Assembly: GCA_013152925.1 (NCBI GenBank) | Contig: JAADFK010000037.1 | Coordinates: 12,076 to 76,075, forward strand | Direction: 5' to 3' | DNA from: Acidobacteriota bacterium | GTDB lineage: Bacteria > Acidobacteriota > Thermoanaerobaculia > Thermoanaerobaculales > Sulfomarinibacteraceae | DNA length: 64,000 bases | Shown here: piece after piece, positions 1 through 9,293 of the stretch | Numbering within the stretch: position 1 is the stretch's first letter | Layout: each line of letters begins with the position of its first letter | Notes under the pieces: model-generated | The model's database searches: none | Seen by the model: only the letters and a program-made list of their open reading frames with translations | What the model was told of the DNA's origin: nothing | Program-made: the position numbers and the translations under genes

Positions 1-214
1 CGAGGCGGCCTGCGAGAAGGGCACGCCAGCCGCGGTCGATGTGGTTTCTCGCCCGCTCGCTGGCCGGCGGATGGCCGGGACCGGAAAGCGGCGAGGGGAA
101 GGGAGGCGCCGTACCTCCGCGCGTTCCAACTGGCGCCGTGGCGCAGCCCACCATGGCGGCCAGGAACGCGGCCCCGGCCAGTCGGCCGAGCCAGGCGTCA
201 GACCTGCGTGTCAT
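1..214 (-). CDS. putative lipoprotein, N-terminal part only (runs off left edge)
   Basis: Hand translation of the minus strand from ATG at 214 gives MTRRSDAWLGRLAGAAFLAAMVGCATAPVG.... This is a signal peptide plus a Cys lipobox-like site, with G/C-rich third codon positions. It overlaps the hfq 3' end by 17 nt. It is open-ended, so it is absent from the ORF track. Confidence 0.4.
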   Translation of the reverse strand, partial: MTRRSDAWLGRLAGAAFLAAMVGCATAPVGTRGGTAPPFPSPLSGPGHPPASERARNHIDRGWRALLAGRL

Positions 215-443
215 GGGGCTCCGTATAGCTGCCGGCGGCCGTGATGCTGGCAATAGCGTGCTTGTAGACCAGCTGCTCCTGGCCGCGGTTCTCCACGACG
301 ATGGCGTAGCGGTCGAAGCGCCGGAGGATACCGGTCAGCCGCTTCCCGCTGATCAGGTAGACGTGGATGGGACGGGCGTCCTTGCGCAGCTGGTAAAAGA
401 AGGGATCCTGAACGTTGATGGTCGAGCTCCCCTGCTTGTTCAT
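198..443 (-). CDS. hfq: RNA chaperone Hfq
   Basis: 81 aa. QDPFFYQLRKDARPIHVYLISGKRLTGILRRFDRYAIVVEN matches the Sm1/Sm2 core of Hfq. GGAG sits 6 nt upstream. The position after miaA is the conserved miaA-hfq order. Confidence 0.95.
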   Translation of the reverse strand: MNKQGSSTINVQDPFFYQLRKDARPIHVYLISGKRLTGILRRFDRYAIVVENRGQEQLVYKHAIASITAAGSYTEPHDTQV

Positions 444-1390
444 GTTGCTCCTCTCGTTCCTTCCTCAAGATGATGCCGCCACAGCGCGGCGATTTCTTCG
501 CCCCCCCCGAGCTCGGGGGGAGGAACCCAAACCACCCGGCCTTCCTCAGCGTGCCGCAACCAGGTCAACTGCCGTTTGGCCAGCTGCCTGCTTGCGATCT
601 TCGTGCGCTCTTCCGCCTCCGCCAGGTCCCAGCGGCCGTCCATGTGAGCGATCACCTCGCGGTAACCGATCGCCTTGAAAGCGTGCGCCGTCGGCGGCAC
701 TCCGGAGGAGACGAGACGGCGGACTTCCGCCTCGAGACCCGACGAAAACATCGATTCCACACGACGTTCGATTCTAACATAGAGGTCACGCCGCGCTCTC
801 TGGGGAGCCGCCAGCAGTGTCCGGAATCGGACATGCCGCCGGTGCTCCGCCCAGTACCTGCTGATCGGTTTGCCGCCGGCCTCAAACACCTCCAGGGCGC
901 GGAGGATGCGCTGCCGGTCGCCGGGAGCGATTGCCGCGGCGGCCACGGGATCGACCGCCTGGAGACGGGCGTACACCCGGCCGGCGTCCGAGGCCCAATC
1001 CCGTTCGAGCGCCTCGCGGACCGTGGGGTCGCGGGGGGGCTCCGGGAACAGGCCGAGCACGAGAGCCCGGATGTAGAAATGGGTGCCTCCCGCAACGATG
1101 GGGAGCTTGCCCCGGGAGCGTATCGCCCCGACGGCCGCCAGTGCCTCGGCGGCGAAACGGCCTGCCGAGTACCGCTCCACGGGATCGGCAATGTCGATCA
1201 GGTGGTGGCGTATCCGCCGGCGCCACTGGAGGGGAGGCTTGTCCGTGCCGATGTCCAGGCCGCGGTACACGGCGAAGGCGTCGGCCGAGACGATTTCCCC
1301 GTCCAGTCTTTCCGCGACATCCAGGGCCAGGCGGGACTTGCCCGAACCCGTCGGTCCCGCAATGACCAGCAAGGGTGGGCGTTCGCTCAC
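440..1390 (-). CDS. miaA: tRNA dimethylallyltransferase MiaA
   Basis: P-loop LLVIAGPTGSGKSRLALDVA, then DAFAVYRGLDIGTDKP. GTG start at 1390 overlaps the comEC stop (GTGA), and the stop overlaps the hfq ATG (ATGA). The longer 368-aa ORF N-terminus looks non-coding. Confidence 0.9.
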   Translation of the reverse strand: MSERPPLLVIAGPTGSGKSRLALDVAERLDGEIVSADAFAVYRGLDIGTDKPPLQWRRRIRHHLIDIADPVERYSAGRFAAEALAAVGAIRSRGKLPIVAGGTHFYIRALVLGLFPEPPRDPTVREALERDWASDAGRVYARLQAVDPVAAAAIAPGDRQRILRALEVFEAGGKPISRYWAEHRRHVRFRTLLAAPQRARRDLYVRIERRVESMFSSGLEAEVRRLVSSGVPPTAHAFKAIGYREVIAHMDGRWDLAEAEERTKIASRQLAKRQLTWLRHAEEGRVVWVPPPELGGGEEIAALWRHHLEEGTRGAT

Positions 1391-3651
1391 GGCCAGCACC
1401 TCCACCGTTCTCCGATGCGCTCGGCACCACAGAGGCCCGAGGTCTTCGGGGCCCGCCACGGGATCCGGCGCCGGTGCAGGCGGGCGAGGGTCGCCGGGCT
1501 GGGATGGTGGTGCGTGTTCCAGGGCGCGGCCGGGATCAGGACGCACGCAGGGTGCACCGCCCGAAGAAACGACATGCTCGTGGAGCTGGCGCTGCCATGA
1601 TGGCCGGCGATCAGGACCTCCGTTGCGAGGGGCGCCCGGCGGGCGGCCAGCACCCGCTCCACCCTGGAGGACGTATCCGAGGTGACCAGGACCGAGCCCC
1701 CGGGTATCGAGATCCTGGCCACCAGGGAGCGATCGTTTTCCCGGGAGGGTGGGTGCCGGAAGGAGGGCCAGAGCACCGTCACGGAATCACCCGCCGCCGA
1801 GACGCGGAGCTGCCGGGCCAGTGGCACGACGGCGGCGCCGGCGCGGCGTGCCGCCCGCAGCAACGGGACAGCCGCCGGATCCGTCGTCATCCACGCTGGC
1901 AGGAGCAGCCGGCGGGGTTGCAGCAGCCCGATGACGGTGGGGAGACCACCGCAGTGGTCCTCGTCCGTGTGGCTGGCGATGACAGCCCCGAGCCTCCTGA
2001 TGTGGAGATCGGCGAGCAGCCGGGCAGCCTCGTCGGGGAGGCGGCCACCATCGAGAAGAACGGGATCCCCCGGCGCGGGAAGCACCGCGGCCAGGCCGTC
2101 ACGAACCGGCAGCAGGGTCGGACCGCGGAGGCCCGGGGATGGCAGCAACCGCCAGACGAGTGGCGTGAAAAGGACCGCGACAACCCAGACGGCCGCCGCC
2201 AGACGGGCCCGCCGTCCGGGCCACAGGGCCGCCAACGCCAACACGATCAACAGTGCCGTCACGCCCACCGGCACCAGCGGCACGATCCCCATGTGAGCCC
2301 GGGCCGGGAGGCCGCAGGCCAGGACGGCGCGGGAGAGGAGATCGAGGAGCCGGAGCGTCACGCCTGCCGCCGCGGGCGCCAGGAGCGCCAGGACGGCGGC
2401 GAGGAAGGCCGCGAGGAGCGTTGGTCCCAGGAGGAGTGGCGCCAGCAGGTTGGCCACGACCGCGCCGGGGATCAGCGTGCGGAAATGCCAGGCCACCAGG
2501 GGCGCGGCGGCCAGCTGAGCGACAACGGGAACGCTCACGGCGGCCGCCAGCCATCGGGGCAGCGGCAGGGCGGCACTGACCGCCGGGACCCACCGGACCA
2601 GGGCCGCAGTGATGCCCACCGTCAGCTGGAAGCTGACCGAGGCGATCAGAGAGGGATCGATCAGGAGCATACCGGTGGCGGCCAGGAGGACGGCGGCCAT
2701 GGGCACGATGGGGCGGCCCATCATGCGTGCCACCAGGTAGAGGACCACCATGGCGGTCGCCCGGATGGCAGAGGGGGAGGCGCCTGCCAGCAGGGCATAG
2801 GAGGGTACGACGGCCAGCACGAGGAGCCGTCCCGCGTTGGGCGAGGCGCCCAGGGCGATGGCGGCCAGCCACAGCATGCCGCCGAGAAGACCGACGTGGA
2901 GCCCGCTGACCGCCAGGACGTGGGCCAGTCCCGAGAGCCTCCACCGGTCGCGCCGGGTCCGGGGGAGGAGCTCCCTGCGCCCGAAGACGAGTGCCGAGGC
3001 GAGCTCGGCTGCACGAATTCGCGGCGGGCTGGTCCCCGCCGCCCGGAGCAGGGCGTGGACGCCACCGTTTCGCAGGGCGCCGATGCCGGTGGGAGCGGCC
3101 GTCTCCACGATGAGCCGCGGGGAAGCCGCGGCAAGAAACGGTCTGAATGGATCGCCCCTCAGGCTCGCCAGCCCCGAGCAGAGGCTTCCCGGCCTTGGGA
3201 GCGGCGTGCCGGGGCCTGCGCCGCGAACCTCGAGGCTGAGCCTGGTGGGCAGGGCGATCGTCCCGGAACCAACCCGCGCCGCCGTGACACGGACCCTGGT
3301 CCGACGGCCCCACCGGCTGGGAGCCCACCCGTCCTCGATCCTCGCCCGGAAACGCACGGCGGCGTCGCTGTTGTGGAGCATGATCGCCGCGGTCCCCAGC
3401 TGTTGTTGGCGGACCGGTAGCCCGCGCGCCGATCCCATGGCCAGTCCGGCGGCGAGCCAGAGGAGGGCCGCCCGCCGGGAATCCCCGGCACGGGCGGCCA
3501 GAAGCAGGGCGGCGATTCCCGCGGCGGCCAGGGCCCAGTGGGCTGCGGAGGGGCCCGTCACGACGGCCAGGTGTGCGCCAGCGGTGGCCAGTCCCGCGCC
3601 GGCAGCCACGAGGTACAGGGGCCGCAGCGCCTGCGCCGCGCCCGGGGTCAC
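1387..3651 (-). CDS. comEC: DNA internalization competence protein ComEC/Rec2 (OB-like N-terminus, competence membrane domain, C-terminal metallo-beta-lactamase)
   Basis: C-terminal two thirds of the chimeric 1390-aa ORF. Contains LSGLAHVLAVSGLHVG... polytopic region and C-terminal HTDEDHCGG ... AGHHGS MBL motifs. GTG at 3651 overlaps the upstream stop (GTGA). The start is uncertain. Confidence 0.85.
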   Translation of the reverse strand: MTPGAAQALRPLYLVAAGAGLATAGAHLAVVTGPSAAHWALAAAGIAALLLAARAGDSRRAALLWLAAGLAMGSARGLPVRQQQLGTAAIMLHNSDAAVRFRARIEDGWAPSRWGRRTRVRVTAARVGSGTIALPTRLSLEVRGAGPGTPLPRPGSLCSGLASLRGDPFRPFLAAASPRLIVETAAPTGIGALRNGGVHALLRAAGTSPPRIRAAELASALVFGRRELLPRTRRDRWRLSGLAHVLAVSGLHVGLLGGMLWLAAIALGASPNAGRLLVLAVVPSYALLAGASPSAIRATAMVVLYLVARMMGRPIVPMAAVLLAATGMLLIDPSLIASVSFQLTVGITAALVRWVPAVSAALPLPRWLAAAVSVPVVAQLAAAPLVAWHFRTLIPGAVVANLLAPLLLGPTLLAAFLAAVLALLAPAAAGVTLRLLDLLSRAVLACGLPARAHMGIVPLVPVGVTALLIVLALAALWPGRRARLAAAVWVVAVLFTPLVWRLLPSPGLRGPTLLPVRDGLAAVLPAPGDPVLLDGGRLPDEAARLLADLHIRRLGAVIASHTDEDHCGGLPTVIGLLQPRRLLLPAWMTTDPAAVPLLRAARRAGAAVVPLARQLRVSAAGDSVTVLWPSFRHPPSRENDRSLVARISIPGGSVLVTSDTSSRVERVLAARRAPLATEVLIAGHHGSASSTSMSFLRAVHPACVLIPAAPWNTHHHPSPATLARLHRRRIPWRAPKTSGLCGAERIGERWRCWP

Positions 3652-4925
3652 GGCCTCTCCAGGACCGAAACCGTCTCCACGTGGTGGGTCGACGGGAAGA
3701 GGTCCACCAGCTCCACGAACCGCAATTGGTAGCCGGCCTCGAGGAGAGCGGCGGCGTCCCGGGCCCAGGTCCCGGGGTCGCAGGACAACATCAAGATCCG
3801 GCGCGGCCCCCACGAGATCAGCTGCCGGCGGAGCCGCCGGGAGAGGCCGGAGCGGGGGGGATCGGTGATGACGAGCGCATCGGCGGGGAGCCTGCGGTGA
3901 CGGTCCAGGTACGCCTCCGCCGTGACACCGATGAAGACCTTGGCGCCCGGAAGGTTGGCGGCAGCGGCGCGTGCGGCGGGCGGGAAGGGCTCCACGAGGG
4001 CCAGGCGTGCCGTGGGGTCGGCGCGGGCGGCCGCAGCGGCCAGGAAGCCCACGCCGGCGTGAAGATCCCAGATGGCCCGGGGATCGCCTCCGGCCAGCTC
4101 GCTGACCCGGTGAAAGAGCCAGGGCACGAGGTGGCGGTTCCCCTGGAAGAACGCTCCCACCGGTACGGAGAGGGGCGTGGGGAGCTTCATGGTCACGGAG
4201 CGCTGGCCCCAGCCGCCCTCGATCCTGCCGGCGCGGGTCAGGATCCAGGCGCCGGCCACCGGCGGCGGCAGTGAGCCGTCCGGTGGCAGCAGGGTCCGCT
4301 CCAGCCGCCGCGGCCCGTTCCTGGCCGGGCGCAGCCCGACCACGGCGTGGGAGCCGTCGAGATCTTCGAGCCACTCGAGATCGACGGGCGCCGGGCAGGA
4401 GCGGGCCAGTGCCGCCTCGAGAGCCGGAAGGATCTCGAGCAACGGTCCCGAAAGGAGCGCGCAGCGGGAAACGGGCTCGATGCTCCAGGATTGCGGGGCG
4501 TAGAAGCCGAGGGTCCCGCCGGCGGGATCCCAGTGAAGGCGCGCCCGGAGGCGGTAGGCCGGCGGCGAGGTGGTGACCGGCGCCGTGGCCAGGATCTCCC
4601 GGAGCTCCCGGTTGCCCCGCGCCGCCCCGGCCGCGACCTGCGCCTTGAGGGGTGCTCCGGCGGCGGGGTCCACGTGAGACCAGTCGCAGCCGCCGCAGCG
4701 CGGAGCGTGGGGGCAGGGCGCCGTAAGGCGGGCCGGGTGGGCCCCCGTCAGCACCTCGGTGGTCCTCCCGTGGACGACCCCTCCCCGCCGAAAGAGCTCC
4801 CTGGCCCGGACCGTCTCGCCGGGAAGCGCACCGAGGAGCATCCAGGTGGTCTCCCCGGCGTGGGCGACGCCCCAGCCGCCTCCGGCGAGGCCGGTGCAGC
4901 GGAGGGTGACGGTGTCCCGGTTCAC
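3648..4925 (-). CDS. RumA/RlmD-family SAM-dependent RNA (uracil-5) methyltransferase with TRAM-like N-terminus
   Basis: 425 aa. Cys cluster CPHAPRCGGCDWSH, and C-terminal DPPRSGL ... LSCDPGTWARD ... DLFPSTHHVETV typical of the TrmA/RumA family. Confidence 0.8.
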   Translation of the reverse strand: MNRDTVTLRCTGLAGGGWGVAHAGETTWMLLGALPGETVRARELFRRGGVVHGRTTEVLTGAHPARLTAPCPHAPRCGGCDWSHVDPAAGAPLKAQVAAGAARGNRELREILATAPVTTSPPAYRLRARLHWDPAGGTLGFYAPQSWSIEPVSRCALLSGPLLEILPALEAALARSCPAPVDLEWLEDLDGSHAVVGLRPARNGPRRLERTLLPPDGSLPPPVAGAWILTRAGRIEGGWGQRSVTMKLPTPLSVPVGAFFQGNRHLVPWLFHRVSELAGGDPRAIWDLHAGVGFLAAAAARADPTARLALVEPFPPAARAAAANLPGAKVFIGVTAEAYLDRHRRLPADALVITDPPRSGLSRRLRRQLISWGPRRILMLSCDPGTWARDAAALLEAGYQLRFVELVDLFPSTHHVETVSVLERP

Positions 4926-5581
4926 GGGAGCTCCAGCCGCGGGAGGTCCAGGAGGATCCGGAGCTCCCGGTCACGGTGCGCCCGTACGGCTCGGCGGCCT
5001 GCGGGCCCGTCCACCTCGCCAGCCGCCCGGCGGGCCCGTGCGAGGATCTCATTCTGTGTCGCCCGGTCCAGGGCGTTCCAGCAACCTTCCAGGAGCGCGG
5101 TCTCCAGAGAGAACAGGCCGTCCTCCACGAGCTCGGGGTCTTCGATTCCAGCCAGCTCGGAGAGGCTCGAACGGATGGACTGGAGGCAGTGGGCAACGGC
5201 GGGTCTCGCTTCCAACTGCGCCGTGGCGGCCCGTTCCAGGTGGCGGTCGAGGCGCTCCAGAACCGGCCGGAGGCTCTCACGATCACCCGTTGCGTCGTCG
5301 GAGGAGCCGGCGCGGCTCTCCGCCAGCCGTTTGGCGGCCCGCCGCACGGCGTGCCGGCAGTAGGACAGGCTGAGAACGGGGTCGTCCTCCCCCGTCTCGC
5401 GTCTTCTGGCAAACACCTCGGCGATGCCTGCGGTGACGGCCGCCAGGGGTACGTCGTCCCTCCACCACGTCCTGAGAAGCTGGAAATCGCGGGGCGAGAG
5501 AACGTGGGGCGTACCCCGGAGCTCGGCGAAGAGATCTTCGACGGCCCGGTAGTAGGCAAGCTCCCGTTCGGATTCTGTCAT
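4922..5581 (-). CDS. hypothetical protein (first gene of the hfq-containing operon)
   Basis: ORF 4922..5677 trimmed to ATG at 5581 (MTESERELAYYRAVEDLF...). Its stop overlaps the next start by 4 nt. I recognise no family. Confidence 0.55.
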   Translation of the reverse strand: MTESERELAYYRAVEDLFAELRGTPHVLSPRDFQLLRTWWRDDVPLAAVTAGIAEVFARRRETGEDDPVLSLSYCRHAVRRAAKRLAESRAGSSDDATGDRESLRPVLERLDRHLERAATAQLEARPAVAHCLQSIRSSLSELAGIEDPELVEDGLFSLETALLEGCWNALDRATQNEILARARRAAGEVDGPAGRRAVRAHRDRELRILLDLPRLELP

Positions 5582-5812
5582 GGGAAGAAGTGTAACCCGG
5601 GGCGCCAGGCCGGTTGAAGCTCCGGCGGTTGTTTCGCCCCTTTCCGTCCGCAAGGTTGGATGGAAGCTTGCCCGCAACGCCTGGCATTGACATGCGACTG
5701 CGCGCCGCTGCAGCGGAACGGCCGGTGCTCTTTGGCGAATTCACTCCTCAATGTCGCGCGCTTGAGCCGTCAGGGGATTTGGGCCTGGAAACGCGGTACA
5801 ATCGCACGGCGT

Positions 5813-8221
5813 ATGAGGAGACTCCGGATTGCTGAGGTTTTGGCGGTCGCCGTTCTGACCGTGGTGGTGTCCGGTACGGGGAGTGCCGGAACCTGGAGCA
5901 AGGTGCCGGAGGCGGTTTCCCGCCTTCGCGCCAAGCCATCGGACGCCGGAGCGATCGCGTTGATCCGTGCGGCGGGAGACTCGTGCCTGGCAGAGGCCAG
6001 GGCGGGCCATCTGGCGGCCACCCGCGAGCTGATCGATGCCTTCGATGAGCTGGTATCGCCGGCGCCGGACTCGCAGAGCTACATCGATGCCGTGCACCGG
6101 AAAGCAGCTCAGGAGCTGGTGAAGTACGGTGACCGGAGCCTCCCCACCGATTCAACCGCCGCGGGCACGGCCTGGGCGCTGGCAGCGGAGCTGGCCCCGG
6201 ACGCGGCGCCTGTGGAGCGGCTGCGCCGCCTTCTGTTACCACCGCGCAAGGGGCGGCCGGGCCAGATCTGGACCTCCCCGATCGACGGCGCAGAGCTGGT
6301 CTGGCTTCCACCGTTCCGTTTCTTGATGGGGTGTACGCGCAAGGACGGTGAGTGTCAACCGGACGAGAAGTACCTTCGCTGGGTGACGACCCGGGGATTT
6401 TGGATCGAGCGGCGCGAGGTGACCAACGCGCGCTACAGGTTGTGTGTCGACGCCGGCGCCTGTACCCCTCCAGAGGACCCACTGCTGTTCGACGAGCCCG
6501 GAATGGGCAGCTATGCCCTTGCCGGTGTCACCTGGAGCCAGGCGGTCCAGTACGCAACCTGGGCGGGACGGCGCCTGCCATCGGAGGCCCAGTGGGAACG
6601 GGCCGCCCGTGGCAAGAAAATCGACTGGCGGTATCCCTGGGGTAACTACAAAATGCGCTCGCGTGCCAACGTTCGTGGGATCGGCGGCGCGGATGTTTTC
6701 CAGGGCGTGGCGCCGGTGGCGTCCTTCCCGTGGACCGGCTGGGGGATCTACGACATCGCCGGGAATGTCTGGGAATGGTGCCAGGACACCTACCACGAGG
6801 TTCTTGTGGCGGGCCCCAAGGACGGTTCGGTGTGGGTCGAAGGGGGCAAGGGCCGGGTCGTCCGCGGGGGTTCGTGGCGCCGGGATATCGAGCTCGCCCG
6901 GGTGTCGTCCCGGCGCTGGCACGAGGAGTCCTATCGTGCGGACGATCTCGGCTTCCGTTGTGTCGCGGCGCCTTCGGACAGCATCGGCGACGACGAGGCC
7001 ATCTCCATCGCTCAGGCGGCGTTCCCCATCAGGGTGCAGGTCGGAAAGGAGCTCGACCGGGCGGCGCTCGACCGGGCCGACAGGAACTACCTGGACCGGC
7101 GGGCCGTCACGTGGCTTGCCGTTGAGGGGAGGCCGTGGGAGGCGCTGCCGAGGGCGGTGGTGCTCCTGGACCGCAACCCTGACGATCCGGTGGCGAAGGA
7201 CCTTCTCGATGGTCTGGAAGGGAACCTCGAGCAACAAGCGGCACGGGGTGACGTTCGCCAGCTGGAGCGGTGGTTGAACCGCTATACCGAGACAGTTGGC
7301 CGGAGCAAGAACCTCGCCTCGAGGGTGGGTCGCCTGGACCGTCGTATCGCAGGCGCACTCAAGAAGGCCGGCCTCGAACGAAAACGTCAGGGGGATACCG
7401 TTGGCGCCGGTGCGTGTTTTCGCCTGGCGCTCCGCGTCAATCCCGGGGACCAGGAGCTGAAGCGTCTTGCCCAGTCGGTCATTCCCGAGCCAGGGGCGGT
7501 ACGAACCATGCAACCCGACAACCGGGAGGTGGCCTGGGTGCCCTCCGGAAGTTACCTGATGGGACGGGGCCGGGGGGACGACCAGGCGTCGACGGATGAA
7601 CAGCCGGCCCACACGGTGTTCATCACGGGTTTCTGGATGGACCGCCGCGAGGTGACCAACGGGGCGTATCGGCGTTGTGTCGAAGCCGGCGCCTGCACGC
7701 CGCCTCACAAGGTCAAGCAGTACGATGATCCCGCCTTCGCCGAGTATCCCGTGCTCTGGGTGGACTGGTTCCAGGCACGTGCCTACGCCAAGTGGGCCGG
7801 GAAACGCCTGCCGACGGAGGCGGAATGGGAATACGCGGCGCGTGCCGGGGCCTCCACACGCTATCCATGGGGCGACCAGTGGCAGCCCGGGGCGGCCAAC
7901 GCCATCGGGACGGCGGGTGCGGATCACTTCTCGGGACCTTCCCCGGTGGGGAGCTTCCTTCCCAACGCGTGGGGTCTCTTCGACATGATCGGTAACGCCC
8001 GGGAATGGGTGGAGGACGCGTACCACCCGAGCTACACCGACGCGCCGAACGATGGGCGGGCGTGGAACCAGGTCAGCGACGATGCCGGGGAACCCTCCCG
8101 CGTGCTCCGTGGAGGCTCGTACGGCGACTTCCCGGTCAAGCAGCGGGTATCCAGGCGCAGCCACAAGTCCCCGGAGAACTGGACCAAGACGACGGGATTT
8201 CGCTGCGCCGCGGATCGCTGA
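5813..8221 (+). CDS. secreted protein with two formylglycine-generating-enzyme (FGE-sulfatase/SUMF1) domains
   Basis: ORF 5660..8221 trimmed to ATG 5813 (MRRLRIAEVLAVAVLTVVVSG signal). Two copies of the REVTNxxYRxCVxAGACTPP ... AxWAGxRLPxEAxWExAARG ... GNxWEW ... RGGS ... GFRC pattern. Confidence 0.85.
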   Translation: MRRLRIAEVLAVAVLTVVVSGTGSAGTWSKVPEAVSRLRAKPSDAGAIALIRAAGDSCLAEARAGHLAATRELIDAFDELVSPAPDSQSYIDAVHRKAAQELVKYGDRSLPTDSTAAGTAWALAAELAPDAAPVERLRRLLLPPRKGRPGQIWTSPIDGAELVWLPPFRFLMGCTRKDGECQPDEKYLRWVTTRGFWIERREVTNARYRLCVDAGACTPPEDPLLFDEPGMGSYALAGVTWSQAVQYATWAGRRLPSEAQWERAARGKKIDWRYPWGNYKMRSRANVRGIGGADVFQGVAPVASFPWTGWGIYDIAGNVWEWCQDTYHEVLVAGPKDGSVWVEGGKGRVVRGGSWRRDIELARVSSRRWHEESYRADDLGFRCVAAPSDSIGDDEAISIAQAAFPIRVQVGKELDRAALDRADRNYLDRRAVTWLAVEGRPWEALPRAVVLLDRNPDDPVAKDLLDGLEGNLEQQAARGDVRQLERWLNRYTETVGRSKNLASRVGRLDRRIAGALKKAGLERKRQGDTVGAGACFRLALRVNPGDQELKRLAQSVIPEPGAVRTMQPDNREVAWVPSGSYLMGRGRGDDQASTDEQPAHTVFITGFWMDRREVTNGAYRRCVEAGACTPPHKVKQYDDPAFAEYPVLWVDWFQARAYAKWAGKRLPTEAEWEYAARAGASTRYPWGDQWQPGAANAIGTAGADHFSGPSPVGSFLPNAWGLFDMIGNAREWVEDAYHPSYTDAPNDGRAWNQVSDDAGEPSRVLRGGSYGDFPVKQRVSRRSHKSPENWTKTTGFRCAADR

Positions 8222-8354
8222 GGTATCGCCTCGATGAACGCGAGGCGCGGTGGCCGGTAGAGCCCCCGGCCGGGGAAGGCGCCGTGCCGTTCCTCGACCT
8301 CAGCGCGATCGTACGGTGTCCTGCCGGTGCCCGCGTGGGCGCCGGTCTGCGTGC

Positions 8355-9131
8355 TCACTTCTTCTTGATCGGCTGATACTTCGGGTAGGGTTCCGCACGG
8401 CCGGAAAGGCCCCCGATTCTCAGCGTGAGCACCATGCCATCGGGCGTGGCCTCCAGCCATCGGGCGACCTGCCGGTAGAAGCGGCGGAGCTCGCCGGCGT
8501 CGTAGTCGAGCTGGGCACTGTGGAGGAACTCATCGATACGGCGCATGGCCCGGGTTGTCAGCTCGAACTTGCCCTCGACGCCACGGAGCAGGGGTTCCTG
8601 GAAGGTGTGTTCCAGGACCAGGGGCTCCACCTGGGGGACCTCGACGGCGATCGGCCCCGTGGGCCTCATATCGGCGGCTGTCAGCGGAGCCTGCGCAGGG
8701 CCGTCTGCCCCCGATTCGCCGGTGTTCGCTGGCATGCTGCCGATCTCGAGGATTGTCACCATGGTGCCGGTCATGGCGACGAGCTCCGCCAGTTGTCCGG
8801 CGGAACGTTCCGGCACCCGTGCCGCGCGAACCCCCTCGAGCCACGCTGCGACCTTCTCCAAGTAGCTGGTAATGGACTGGAGCTTCGAACGGTCCAGCGA
8901 GGTGGCCCCCGGAGCTCCCGTCGGCGGGCTCTGATCGTCTGTTGTGATCCCGTTCTCCGCGGCCAGCGAGGCCAGATCAGCCCCAACCGATCGGGAGAGG
9001 ACGAGGATCTTCTCCAGGTGGTCCTGAAGGGCTGGGTCAGCCGGTGCGCCGGGAACCGTGGCCGCCAGGTAGAGGTAGATCTGCCTGAGGTTTCGATGCG
9101 CCTTTTCGAGATCTTCCCACCGTAGCTCCAT
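8355..9131 (-). CDS. hypothetical protein
   Basis: 258-aa ORF with ATG start and coherent composition. No motif recognised. Confidence 0.55.
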   Translation of the reverse strand: MELRWEDLEKAHRNLRQIYLYLAATVPGAPADPALQDHLEKILVLSRSVGADLASLAAENGITTDDQSPPTGAPGATSLDRSKLQSITSYLEKVAAWLEGVRAARVPERSAGQLAELVAMTGTMVTILEIGSMPANTGESGADGPAQAPLTAADMRPTGPIAVEVPQVEPLVLEHTFQEPLLRGVEGKFELTTRAMRRIDEFLHSAQLDYDAGELRRFYRQVARWLEATPDGMVLTLRIGGLSGRAEPYPKYQPIKKK

Positions 9132-9293
9132 ACCGTGCCGGCCCTCCTGAGGATGAGAACGGGTGTGACCCGAGAGCTCCCATCTTAACCGTGTCTGGTT
9201 CCATTTGCGCCCTTCCAGGAGCGTCGTGTGGTACCTTCGTTGTCAAAGATCTGTCAAGGTAGGAGCTACAATGGATTGGCAGGTGGGAGGACC

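Noticed and set aside
1387-5559. 1390-aa minus-strand ORF suggesting one giant protein
   Set aside because: Only its C-terminal ~755 aa (ComEC) look like protein. The N-terminal part is P/R/G/A-rich and overlaps two well-supported genes in other frames (3648..4925 and 4922..5581). It is an open frame typical of high-GC DNA.
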